A stretch of DNA of 64,000 nt from Octopus vulgaris (GCA_951406725.2 OX597832.1:2418001-2482000), one strand, 5' to 3'; positions 11,568 to 24,741 are shown, counted from the first letter of the stretch. Numbers and translations are program-made. Notes: generated by a model not told the origin, from the sequence alone.

Positions 11568-13130
11568 CACTGCATCTCACATTATTACGTAAACCAATCT
11601 TCTTTCAATAAATAAATGTATATTTGCTCAAAACCAGTTGTTTTCCCACTGACTGTTGGCAATACCTATCTGTGCACATTCTGTTACAATAAGTCAGATC
11701 CACGTAGACGAAAACAAATGGTGGCCATTATCATGTAGCAGCAACATTTCTGCTGTCCCAAATTATTAGGTAGGTGCCCAATTTAAGTGTCATTATGGGT
11801 CAGAAACATGATCTTGACTTGAATGAGAAGTCTACCATCATGTCAGAGCTTGGAAAAGGGAAAACAACCATAGAAATATCAAAAATACTGGGAAGAGATC
11901 ACTGAACAGTGAAGAAATTTGTGCAGTTTCCTATTTCCGTTCGGTCGAGGGCAGATAAGCGTAAGTTAAGAGTTGCTTTGAATTGTACTTTGTCACATGT
12001 GAAAAGGGATGTTGTGCAGAACCCATGTGTGACTAGTAGAGAAGTTTTCAAACTTGTGGCAGGGAAGACGTATGGAAAACTACCAGGTGTCGCCTCTTGA
12101 AGCAGGTAGCCAGGAATGTTAACTCTGTTACAAGGCCACCTCTGAAGGCTGTTCATAATCAGAAGAGACTGAAATGGGCAGAAGAATACATGAAGATAGA
12201 TTTTTCAACAGTTCTGTGCTACCCTTGATGGACCAGATGGTTGAAGTAAAGGTTGGGTATCAATCAGTAGGATCTGTCTTCATCGTTTGAAATGCCAACA
12301 GAGGGGGGAGGTGAGGTCATGTTTTGGGTTGGCATTGTTCGTGTATGATGGCTGGTCCATGGAAAGTTCCATATGGCATCGAGATGATATCAAAAACATC
12401 TGTTACCTTCTTAAAGAACAATTTCCAACTGTGTTTCAAAAAGCAAAAACTTTCATTCAAGAGAAAGTTGGTCCTCATGCAAGATAATGCCCCATTTCAT
12501 GCAGCAAAGAATTCTAAGGAATACCTGTAGCAAATAAGCTTCTCTGGAGGTCATTTGATGGAGTGGCCATCTTGTTCCCTAACGTAAACCAGATCAAGAA
12601 CCTGTAAAGTGTCCTGAAGAGGTATGTTTACCAAGATGGACAGCAGTTTTCAAGTAAAGTTGCCCTCTGGGATGCTATTGTAGATGCCACTCAAAGCATA
12701 ACACAAGAGGATATCATCATCTTGACAAATTCAGTGGATCAGAACGTAAGGAAGGTTATTACATTTGGAGGATCATGCATCAAACATTAAGAGCTGTATG
12801 ACATAATCCCATGATTATTTTCATTTGAATGTATTATTTATGTTTACCATTAAGTCTTTTATAAGAAAGTTTTTGTTAAACTTTTACTATTGAAACAAAT
12901 GTTTGTTCTGACACAACATTTTTATTTGCCTAATAATTTGTGATGGTGAAAATGCTGCCCAATCACAAAAATGGCTGCTATTTATTGGTGTCTGCACAGA
13001 TTCGATTTATTTTAACTGAATGTGTGCAGGTAGGTGTTGCCAACAGTCAGTGGGAAAACAATTGGTTTTGAACAATATATATTTATTTATTGAGAGAAGG
13101 TTGATTTGCCTAATAATGAGGGATGCAGTG
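11568..13130 (+). mobile_element. Full-length degenerate Tc1-like DNA transposon (DD37E/TRT-like) in the last THOP1 intron
   Basis: TA|CACTGCATC...GATGCAGTG|TA with ~205 bp imperfect TIRs and inner/outer DRs. Disrupted transposase 11795-12790: MGQKHDL..GRDH*TVKKFV..QDNAPFH..WPSCS..GGSCIKH*. Confidence 0.9.
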
Positions 13131-13246
13131 TATTGTAAATTTATTTATGACTAGTATAAAACTAGGTTGTGAAACTAATTCATTAAATCTAAAATTTAAA
13201 TTGTCAATATTCCTTCTTATAACTTACTTGTGTTTTTATATTACAG

Positions 13247-13330
13247 GATGCTGATGAAATGCTACGCAATTTCCTTGGTCGAGATCCATCAAAAGAGGCC
13301 TTTTTGATTAGTAAAGGTCTTGAAGTTTAA
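13247..13330 (+). CDS. THOP1: Thimet oligopeptidase/neurolysin last coding exon
   Basis: ttacag| DADEMLRNFLGRDPSKEAFLISKGLEV* (FLGRDP...AFL.SKGL C-terminus). Candidate AATAAA at 13422. Confidence 0.93.
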   Translation, partial: DADEMLRNFLGRDPSKEAFLISKGLEV

Positions 13331-16300
13331 ATGAAAAATTTGGCCCGAAAATGTAAAAGAGAATGAAGAAGGATATTTTATCAACTCCTGCTCCAGTTGC
13401 TATTTATATAATTGTAATATTAATAAATTTTGGGTTTAAATTGTCCAGGATCTGTTGTAAATTTCAGAAATGCTATGCCATGATTTTGTGTTGGTTATTT
13501 GTAAACAAATTGTTCTTTCACTTCTTGAAAAGATATCAAGGTAATATTTAGTTTAGTATTCAAGTAGAGATAGTGATTCAAGGTAAATGAGGGATAAAAA
13601 TTGCCAAAAGCAGAATATTTATTTGGAAGAACTGATTGACGGAGGTTGAGTCTTCACATGATGTTAGTCACTCGTGAATAGACAAAAATCATCAAGAGTT
13701 CTTGATTGTATAAAATCCAAGTTAAATGTAGACTTTGGTAGGTAATTTGATCTGTAAAGGAGCATTACTGACATAGGTTGCCGAAAGATTGTCATTTCTT
13801 GAGTCAGGGTTTTATCACATTTTGCAATAGAAAAAAACGTGTGTGTATTATCCTTGTATATGTGCTTGCATTAACTGTGTGTGGGGATAAATATATATTT
13901 TTTAGAATTTGAACTGAATATTTTACCATATTGTGATGAGGATATATGGATTGGTGATTAAGACTAGTTGACTTACTTGGAAAATTTAAAAGACTAGTTG
14001 ACTTACTTGGAAAACAGGAAGTTTATGAACAAATAATATTGGACTAGAGGGTGCCCAAGCATTTGTGAACAAAGCCAAACATAACAAAACCAAACAAAAC
14101 ACAACATATAAGGAAAAACAACATACTTCCAGGAAAAACAGTACATAATCAACTCAATACATCTAAGAAACAGATTACTCAATAAAACTGCTATCAATCC
14201 AAATGATGGTTCTGAATCAACTACAGAAGTAATATGCTAGGTCATCCATCACTTACTATGCTCATGATGGCAATCTCCAAGGAAATCCATAACACTTTGG
14301 GGCCTGTTTCATAATCTCACAATATCTAATGATATCACAAGTGTAGCTGGTCACATGATTACATGGTTCTCTTGAAGTTTATAAAACACGAACTGATATC
14401 TCACCATCACATAGGACTTCTCGTGCACTACATATCAGATAATAAGTTCTGCTGCTTAGCAATGGTATGTTTTTCTTCATCACTGTAGAATGTAAGTTAC
14501 ATGATCCATAAAGATAAGCTAAAATATCTAAATAGTTGTCAAATTAAGGCACACTCTAATTGAAAGATGCCGTCGATTGGTTAAGCAGAAAGTATAATGT
14601 ATATGTTTAACATAGAAGCAGTAATATAAGTTCACAGTAGCAAAGTTTTCCTTCTTGAATTGTTATATTAGGGTTAGGAAATTTTCTTCTATTAAAAGTG
14701 GGATGATAACAGATTGTGAACAAGTAGTCTAAACCAATATCCAACTGTTGTAATCATATCTAGAGGAATTGGCTTACAAAACAAAAAAAAAACCTTAATT
14801 GGATAAGAATATTTCATTGAGTTTAAGGGTCGAGATATTGACTCAAATATAGAGCTACAAATCGATAGTCATACTTGATGAACTGTTTAACATAGTTTTC
14901 ATCTATGTAAGATGGATAAAATAAATTTTATATGAAGAGAATTTGTCAAAAATTAAACCTTTCCTGCTGTGTTTAAGTTGCACAAGTGTTTCATGAGCCA
15001 TAGTTCTGCTCACTGTAAACAGATTGCAGCAACAAAATTGAATTCCTTTACCTTATACAAGGTATATGCTCAATGCATATATACTGGACCTCTGAATTAT
15101 TTCATTGTAAGGATTTCTATTAATTATATCTGTGTATGAGTCTTGACTGGCTTGCACATATTTTCAGTTGTTGCACATATTTTCAAGTCACTAATACATA
15201 TGTGAGATCCCATTTTATTTATAATAAATAATGGTTGACACAAGTAACTATGATGACTGTCTTTTTATATATGTCACCTGTTTACCTGTGAGGGTTATAT
15301 TTGATGTATTGTAACATTATTAAATCCTCAGTTATGATAACGGCTTACTGATTGAGGAACACCTGGACATGAACTAGAACAAAATGTCCAAGCTTTGAAG
15401 CGTGATTCTGAAAGCTTTCCCATATATCATACAAGAAGCAAATAACTATGTCACTCAAGTTCATGGAAGACCTGAGAGCAAATGTAAAGCTACAGCGTTA
15501 AGTAAAGAGTAATAGATATTGGATGAAAAAGGATAAACTCATAGAGTTGCAGCTACTCAGGTTTCTCGGATAATCATCGGCAATAATAATAAAAGAAAAG
15601 GAATTAGTGATTGAATGCTAACTTGGGGGTCCCCTGTGAAAACTAAAGAAATGTTGAGTGGTGTTATTAGGTTCCTTTATTAATGTAAAAGCTAATCTAT
15701 TCTCAGGCTTCGCGACAAGCGGGTTCTAACATTTGTAACTGTGCATAAGCTATCTTGACTCATAATCACAAATTTATACTTTTGTTTAAGATTTACCTAT
15801 AATATTATTTTTTATAATGCTCTATCAATAGAAGAAAGCGCAAAATAATTTCATGTCGCTAGTTGTTTATTTTTAATTTCGTACCATTTCCGTACATCCG
15901 AACTGTTAATGCATTATTTTGTAAATTTACTGAGGCGAGCGCTTCTTGAAACCTGCTGTGTATATATATCTTTTCTATTATAATTCTAATTACATCTAGG
16001 ATTCTTTATAGAATATTATCGATTGATCCAAATAAAATATTCAGATATTGAGGAAATCTAACTTCTTAGAGATTATCGGTTTATCAATAAATAATCTTTC
16101 AATCTTATTGTACTGAACTCGAGTTCTAACAAGGTCGAAGGGAACAATAGTAATATATTTTTGGTTATCAAACTGATAAATTAATGACTTAAAAACACGC
16201 ATATATATCTAGTGCCAATTTTATATGTAAACTACAGCCGATTGTGTTTGAGTAACTGTCTGATATTAACCATTGTTTCAAACCAAAGATCGACGATAAA

Positions 16301-16539
16301 ACACGGAAATGATTGTTTTTTTTTTTTTTGACACGATCAATTTTTTTCCCGGTTATAATTTCATGAAAATTAAAGATTAAAATCCTAAATTGTATTTATA
16401 ATATTTTCGTTTTGATGTGTTGCCATTGATTTTTTAAGAGAATTAATTATTACATTCATTGCTAGAAATTTAAACAAATTAATAATAAAAATAATAATAG
16501 TTTAATAATAAATGTTACAAGAAGCAGAAAATGAGGCAA

Positions 16540-16930
16540 CAACTCTTGGAAGCCGAACGGTCGGCCAGTGCGCATGTCCGAGAGTGAAGGGTGTCGTTGG
16601 TTGTGAATCGGCGGCAATCTCCGCCACCTTGTCAAAGTATGTTCAATGTACGAACAAAGAAATATCGCACATTCGAATGCTTCTACCATTTCATTGCTTT
16701 TACCTTCAACGAAAACTTTCATAACGAAAATGAGATAATTATTCGAGATTGACTAGAATAAATTACAACTGCAAGTGAATTTTAATGATCTCTGCCTGTA
16801 AATGGGCCCCTCGAAAAAAAAAAAAATAATAATTGAGCTACTCCGACAACAAACCTTGCTCTTGGGTTGTGAGTGTTCACCTCGGAGAATTTGAAAGGTT
16901 CTATTCCCGCCAATATTTCTGATGCCAGGT
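16540..16930 (+). promoter_or_regulatory. Probable ATAD2 promoter / 5' region
   Basis: Local CpG enrichment in CpG-poor surroundings, 0.7-1.1 kb upstream of the ATG. TGCGCATG (NRF1-like) at 16569, TTTGAA (CHR-like) at 16890, TTCCCGCCAA (E2F-like) at 16904, possible donor cag|gtgact at 16928. Confidence 0.45.
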
Positions 16931-17661
16931 GACTAAACTAATGCTATCATTTTGCAGTTCTATTGTGTTTGAATATATTTTAAAATTATTATCTCGTTTA
17001 TATCTGCCTATATTCATATCCTACTAAACTCATCGTCCATGAAAACGAACAACGGCTTTATATATATTATATGAGTGTGAGCCTGTACACATTCCCGATA
17101 GACAAGGAAGCAGCTAATCTCTTAATTCTTTATCACATCCTGCTCTAAAATGCAAAATTCCGTTTATAGTGGACAATTTCTTCGATATCTTAAACGATGT
17201 GTTGTTAATTCGGAAATATTTAGCATATCTTATTCGACTAGTTGAGGCAAAATTTCTAAAATATAGATATCTTTATGAGTATATTAATACATATCTGAAA
17301 GAGATATATATCTTTTTTCACTAACTTTGCATTGATAGACTTGTGGATTATAGAAGATTACTAATTAACCAGAGGTGGACAGACAGCGGTACGAGTTGGT
17401 TGATAGTCGGCAATTTGGCTCTTTCTCCCACCACTCTGGCTTGGAAATTTATACCACAGCTGCTCTCCCTACCTTCGTGTTTCGCCATCAAATTACTCTC
17501 GTAGTGCGGAGGGAAATATCTCTCACCAACAATGGTGGAATTCTGATGTTGAAATAATTTAAAACTACAGGAAGAAAGAATTTAAAAACAATCAGCTTTG
17601 CAGATCAAAGATAAAATAGACGGTGAGAGAAAGAGAGAGATAGGCTGGACGACAACAAAAC

Positions 17662-17751
17662 ATGGTTAGAACTCGACATAGTGGAGAGGCTTTGTACGGA
17701 TTTGATGATTTATCCAAAATTAAGAAGAAAAGCCCTAATAAACATGATGAG
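17662..17751 (+). CDS. ATAD2: ATAD2/ATAD2B first coding exon
   Basis: aaacATGg start; MVRTRHSGEALYGFDDLSKIKKKSPNKHDE |gtaagt. MVxTR resembles the ATAD2B N-terminus; phase 0. Confidence 0.75.
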
Positions 17752-19779
17752 GTAAGTCTTTGATTTATTTTATGTTGTTGATTTTTGAATATTTTCCTTT
17801 GAGCATGTGAAGCTACATTCCTGTTTTGGGCTATTATTTAATCTTTGATATACACCATCTCAAGTGTCTCCATACACACACACACACACACACACATGTA
17901 AGTTTGGAGACGGTATTTGGCCGTAAATATTTAGTTATTAATCATAAATTAAGAAGTAAATTTTGGATAGTAGTGAATTGTGATCATATATGTGTGTGTG
18001 TACATTGATATGTAGTCAATGTTTATACACTTGTGCTTATTTTATAGAACTCATCTCAACTACTCCATAACTATTGTGTAGCTTTGTATTAGCTTTCTCA
18101 AAAGAATTTGTCTAATTTTAAGTAGTTATATACATTCATCAAAACCAGTTTAAACTATATTAACTTTCGCAAAGACTAAGCAATTTTTCTAAATTTAAAT
18201 TTACAATTACTCTTAAATATGTCATTATTTCGGTGATCTTGAAAGATGGCTATTATTTTTGTATGCTTATTGACAGCCTTCGGCAAATATTTCCTTTTAA
18301 ATAACTCAGTTATATGGTATAATTTTTCTTTTAATCGCATGTATCGCATCGTTTTTAACTTTAATTAATCTAGCGATCCAATTAGTTTTAAGACTTTGAA
18401 TTGGTAGTTTTTTGCAAATATATTTCATCGTTTTCACTGAAAGGTTCCGTTATATGTGAAACAAAACCAGCATTCAAACTTCTCGCATTTATATAGATTC
18501 CCCTAATTAGGTCTTTATTTTTTCATTTTCTTAGTCTGATGATACTTCATTATCGAAAATCCAGATAGGCCGGTGCAATACACTTTTCACGATATTCTCC
18601 ACATATAATGCACGATCTTCTTTGACTTTTCGTACACATAAATTATAAACACATACCTATTAATTATAAGTTATGAATTTTAAAAAATATAGAAGATATA
18701 TACGAACATAATGTAACTTTCTATATTTGTAGGTTAGATTCCCACAATGTTTTTCAAGCGTATAATTTACACATTTGTGATCCAGCTCAATGTAGAGTTA
18801 TATTATTATGGTTATTATTATTCATAGTTTTCGTAAGAATATCTTGTGTATTGTCTGATTAGCGAGTAGAAAATGGTTGCTTAGATAATTTCTTCTAGCT
18901 AAGAAAATAAATAATCTTCATCTCCCTGATATCTGTCCAAAAGATAAATATCTGTTAATCCAGTATTTTCAATTGCTGTTTTATTTAACTACATCCCGAA
19001 AGATTACCAAAAATGAAATAAAAGAGAGAGAGAGAGAGACTTAAGATCACTAAACTAGGTCAGTAGCACTAAATTTGTAACATTTTCTAGCGACCCACTT
19101 TTTTAATTAGCATTTGAAAGCACAACTTTAATAGATATCTCAGTGTGTTTCATCACAGGTGCTGCTGGAGCATTTGTGACAAGAAAATGGAGATTATCAA
19201 TGTGCCGTAGTCATCATTACTTCTGTCTCTGTAGGAAAGTGGACGTTTTTGTTTACATACGAAAGAGTACTCAATACATGTTGTAGAGTCTATATTTATT
19301 AGAAATTGGTGCATAATATAATTCCGTCGGCATTCTTTCAAGAAATAATTTTTTTTTACTGAATTGACAAGTAGATAAAACAGCTGATTGATCAATGACA
19401 TGCGATTACCCCCGAAAGAATGCACACATATATGCGTGTCTGTAGCTTGTGATTACTTCAGAGCAAAACTTTTTCGATAAGTAGCTCATAAGACATAATT
19501 TGATTCTAATAAGCGGTTGAATTATTTAAAATTGTTTGGGGCCTACTAATTAGCATAACTATAATATATATGTATAATAGTAATAAGAAACGCCTTCCTC
19601 TGTATTGTACATACAAATATACACCAACATCGTGTGCTTCACAGATCAAATAATCACCCCAAGTATTTCGATACATACCTAACACGCTTTTATTGTGATG
19701 CTTTTGATTTTCGTGGACAAATACATCAGCGATAGTTGTGTAGCGGATACACACACACACGCACAGAAATATATATATA

Positions 19780-19821
<42 letters not shown>

Positions 19822-20398
19822 CATATATATATGTGTGTGTGTGTGTAATATATTTGTCCTTACCTTCGAAACGCGGAGATGAAACAGGGACAACTGAAGA
19901 AGGGGAATATTTTTTATGTTGTATATCTCGTTTCTCTGTTTTTGTTTTTATGTTTTCACTCCTCATTGTGTTCATTGGCATTCTAGGTTCACAAATATTT
20001 CACAAAATGAAATATTAAAAGCAATTAAAAGTTTGAACTGTCAAATTTTTCAGATTCGTAATCTCTGTATTTTTAAGATGAAATCCTCAAAAGGAAATTT
20101 TCAGAGGTAAAAAAAAAAAAAGTGAAAACAAAAATATTGGAGAGTGTAGGAAAATTAAGAATTTGAAAACTTTTTTTAATCGGAATCGCCGTTGTTAACT
20201 GGAATCCAAAGAAATCTTTAAAAGACCAAAAAAGCCCGAGAGAATGTCGAAGTTATCAACAACAAACATTGATTGTAAGGGTATATATATATATATTCAA
20301 TACACATTGAGTTGACTGGGATTTTGTATTTGACTCTGAAGACTTTTCATCAGTAGTTTGTTATCTGTAATTTTACATCATAACCCCAAAACATGAAA

Positions 20399-20460
<62 letters not shown>

Positions 20461-21039
20461 TACACATGTATGTATTTGCGCGCACTAGCTGTGCTCGGAG
20501 CAAAGCTCGAGTATTGTATCTAAGTAACATAAGAATTTGGTTCGAGGATAAGTTTGTCGTTATTTCTCGCATGTCTTGCTACCATATAGAAAGACACTTT
20601 TTTGTCTCAGGCATATAATGTAGCTTGAACGTTTACTGCTATTTCTATGTCTCTCTATCAAGTACAGTTCTCTTTTATTCATAAGGTAGTAGGGGTGTGA
20701 TATAAGGGAGATTTTGCTGTTATTTAGATTGTCTAGCTGCCAAATAAAGATTTTGTTTATATATAAAACAAGGGTGTGGTTCTAGAGGGACACAATAACA
20801 GTAAGATGTGATTTGCTTTTCCTCTTAGTTCTAGCTTTATGTAAGAATGATTTTGGCTACTATTTCAATGTAACAAAGGCGTCTCCCTTATAATATGCCG
20901 ACGTAAGAAAGGAGGGTGATTTGGCTAATTTTTGTACGCCTGTCTAGCAACAGAGTGGAAGTTGTTCTTATCCGTTATATATTCTTTTGTATGTTACGTG
21001 TATTTGTATGTACACATTATGTATTATAATATTATATCT

Positions 21040-21196
21040 ATCTATCTATCTGTATGTATGTATATATACATATATATATGTATGTATATATACATATATA
21101 TATGTATGTATATATACATATATATATGAATGTATATATACACACATTGTTTAACGTCCGCTTGATGATGATGTGTGTGTGTGTGTATATATGTAT

Positions 21197-21232
<36 letters not shown>

Positions 21233-21252
21233 GTATATATATATATATGTAT
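21040..21252. repeat. Compound microsatellite/minisatellite
   Basis: (TCTA)n, three 24-bp tgtatgtatatatacatatatata units, (TG)n, (CA)n and (TA)n. Many other (TA)n/(CA)n tracts occur, e.g. 5736-5773, 19750-19846, 21697-21750, 26948-26998. Confidence 0.9.
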
Positions 21253-21463
21253 ATTTCGCCATGATAGATCGCTAGCCACTACACATTCTTTATTTTCTCT
21301 CCTTGTTTCTTTCTGCGTTCCTTTCTGTGGAAGAGCGTAGACTCGAAACGTTAAAGACTTTTTCACTTCCCGAGCGTTATACTAATACATCTGTTTGTTT
21401 ACACCACTTGTCTTCGTCTTTTTTTTTTGTGAAGTCTCCCTATATATATGGCGAACCTTTGAG

Positions 21464-21494
<31 letters not shown>

Positions 21495-21693
21495 CCTGTG
21501 TATCTAACATACTATAGGATGTGGCTTAAGGAAGATTTTGCTGCTATTTCTGTGTTATCTAGCTGCTCCACAGATGCCTCTCCTCTTCTAGCGCATCTGG
21601 GTACCGGGCATTGGGCTTCACATATACATGCATAAAACAGTTTTAACACTGTAGAAGTTTCCCTTGTTGGCTTATATGTAATAGATCGTTTCG

Positions 21694-21751
<58 letters not shown>

Positions 21752-22399
21752 CATTTGTAAAAAATATAAATCCAAAAGAAGCACACTCTAAGATGTAGAG
21801 CAGTATATATGTGTGTGTGTGTGTGTCTGATAGTACAACGAGGATAAATAGAAGTCAGAATATGTCAATATATATTTATCTTTAATCGGCCGAGAGTTTC
21901 GTGCACGAAACTCTTGGCCCTTGATTCATTTTGTAATTTCTGCCGGTTAAATATACATATATTCACATTATAGTTGCAACCCACTCCTCCAGTTTTCCCT
22001 TTGTAAGGAATACCAATTTTTAGTAGATGATTATTTTTATAAAATTTAAATAAAAGGATTTTAGAGTTGTTTCTGATCATTCTCCTCCCAACTTTGTATC
22101 TTCATAACTTTAGATGTATATTTTAAAATGACATTTTGTAAAAGTACATTTTCGATGGCGTAGATTATGGTTATGTTATTTTTTTTCAGAATTTTAATGC
22201 AGGAAAAAAAAAACCCCAAAAAAACAAAAAGACTTTGAAGAGAGTTAAGCGGAATTAGTCAAAAGGGAGTGCTTGAATTAACTGCAACTTCTCAAAATTA
22301 TGTTTGTTTCTCCTTGACATTGTGTGATACTTGTAAATGAGCATCACTGTCATACAAATAGTATCATTCATTTCCAATATTCTGCAATTTGAGAAAAAT

Positions 22400-24470
22400 T
22401 TGGTTGCTATTCCTACCAAATCAAGATACCATGTAGGGGCTTACTCATTTTGGTTACTCATTTTTTTGACACTGTTACCTGCTGACTATCTTATTTGTTC
22501 TTGTTACTATTTAGTGAAAAACCAGAACTTCCTTATAGACAATGTTGTGTTTTTCCAGAAGGAGCATAAGCAAAAAGAAGGTTGTCTTCCAACTTTTGTA
22601 CATGAGAGAAACAATATTCTTTTTATTTGTGGCCCAGCAACAGATAAAGTTTGTCCTTGTGATTTATTTATGGATGTAGCAAAGCTGAATTTTGCTGGAA
22701 ACTGCAAACTTATATGGAAGGTGTTTCTGAATTGGATATTCTGCATACAAAGATCATCTCTGTAACAACAGTTAGAATAGTAGCTTGAATAATATGGAGC
22801 ATTAACTTTCAGCAACAGTCTAGTGTCATTACGTAGCCATGGTTGACCAAGATTCTGTAATCATATGACTGATGGCTTCTACTTTAAATAGAAGTATTTT
22901 TTTTGAGAAGTAGTGTGCTGAAAGTGCAGGTGATCGCAAAGTATTTAGAATGTCAAGTATTTCAAGATATTTGATAATTTTATAAAACAGCTCAATCTGG
23001 AAAAGCCAAATGTATTTTAAAACAATTTTGTGCACATATTTTTGATAAGCTTTCTTATTCTATGAATCGGCCTTCAGCTTTGATGACTGCTTCAGTGCAG
23101 GACTGGAATGATTGATATACCTGCACTAAATGGTCCTTATTCAATTTGGACATAATTTGACATTAGTGGCTTTCAACAGAGCTATGGTATTGTAAAGATG
23201 TTGATTAGTCTCCCTTTTGACAACACTTCACATGTGGTAGTCCATGGGATTTAAACCCAGCAAGTTTGCAGGCCACAAGCTTGGTATTACATGATTGTAA
23301 AAATTGTCTGACATCCATTCTTGGATTATGTGGGCTTGGTGAGGTGCTGAGTCTTGATGAATCATGGCCTTCAACTGTGCACATTATCCATCCAGGGCTT
23401 AACTCTTTCCAGCCCCTGAATATATCCAACAGCATCACTTCTAAGACCCTGTGGAAAAATGTGAGATGGTATGACATGACTTTGCTGCTCACCACTCTTA
23501 AAACCATCACAGTTGCTAGAAACTTAGTGCGTGTTGCTTTTGGGACATCAGAAGGATCTGCACATAATCATGTATCATATCCCATGTCAGTCTTTTGGTC
23601 TTGGTTGAAGTTTTTCCTACCAGGTAAGAACCAAAACATGCCATATTTGTGATGTTTTTTAAACTTAACTGCTTGGCACACATCAAACGGTTTTCCTGCA
23701 GAGACTTGAATTGGCCTTTGTTCTGTACATACAACTTGTATTGAATGTCCTCAAGCACTGCATTTTGATAATCAACTCTGACACCTGAAGTTCTTTAGCG
23801 ATAATCCTCATTGATTTTTGAGGGTATATCATCGATGAATTGCAGTAACTAAATTTAGAATGTTTTTTGTCTTTTATATATTTGAAACATTTCTACCAGT
23901 GGTTTCCAATTCCATCTAAACTTTGTATCCAAAAGATCTTGCAGCATTTAGAAAGTTGGCAATTTCTAAATTTCTGTTGCCAACATATATGGTATGAGTG
24001 CATGTCTTCATTTCTTGTGTTAGCATTTTATTTGCCATGGGTGATCTGCAATAAATAAAAGAAATCTTTTGGTTTGCAGAGACCCTGGTAATTGAGTGTC
24101 CTCAAATACTCCTTAAGCTGACATTGTTGCATGTTCTGGAGTTGTCTATAGATAAAAGTTTGTGAATGTCATGAAATGCAATTTTTGTCCTTTTAGTCTT
24201 TTTGGTGGACTTGAAAATTTAGGAATACACTTGCTATTAGTTCAGTGATGAAATTATTCAGAAGTGGGAAGGTGCAAGTTCTGCAGTTCTTTCCAAATAA
24301 GTTTGATCTAAATGTTGACTAGTCATGCATGTGAAAAGGACAGAGATAGATAGATCCCCAAAATAGTATGTTAAACAAAGAGAGATTGTCTGTCCAATCT
24401 TTGCTTGGCTTGAATATTTACTCTTCCATATTTCTATGTGTATAATACCTAGACAAACAGCAAACTTCAA
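22400..24470 (-). mobile_element. Degenerate Helitron RepHel (Pif1-like helicase) fragment
   Basis: LQFPAKFSFATSINKSQGQTLSVAG matches the Helitron helicase motif QFPxxLxFAxTINKSQGQT. Further decayed helicase-like frames lie upstream; boundaries approximate. Confidence 0.7.
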
Positions 24471-24535
24471 ATGTGTAAGATTTATACATACTTTTTTTTT
24501 TCCTCTCTAGTTTCAGCATGGCCGCAGCTGTATAT

Positions 24536-24741
24536 CTCTTATCTTTAACTTATTTCAGTTATTAGACTGTGGCCAAACTGGGGTGTCACCTCGAAGAACT
24601 TTTAGTTGAATGTATCGACCCCAGTACTTAATTTATTTACTAAGCCTGATACTTATTCTATCGATCTCTTTTGCCGAAACGTTATATTACAGGGACATCA
24701 ACATACCGACACCAGTTGTTGAGTGGTAATGGGGGATAAAG

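Noticed and set aside
14016-15760. Possible hidden gene or element between THOP1 and ATAD2
   Set aside because: No ORF, exon chain or diagnostic motif that I can support; probably old repeat debris.
16462-16724. ORFs on both strands in the CpG-rich patch
   Set aside because: No recognisable homology; better explained by the higher GC content of a promoter region.
19506-21784. Many short ORFs rich in YIYI/CVCV/HTHT (also 1881-2135 and 26907-27119)
   Set aside because: They are translations of (TA)n/(CA)n microsatellites, which lack stop codons.
22337-23652. Plus-strand ORFs of 142 and 128 aa
   Set aside because: Antisense shadows of the decayed Helitron helicase.
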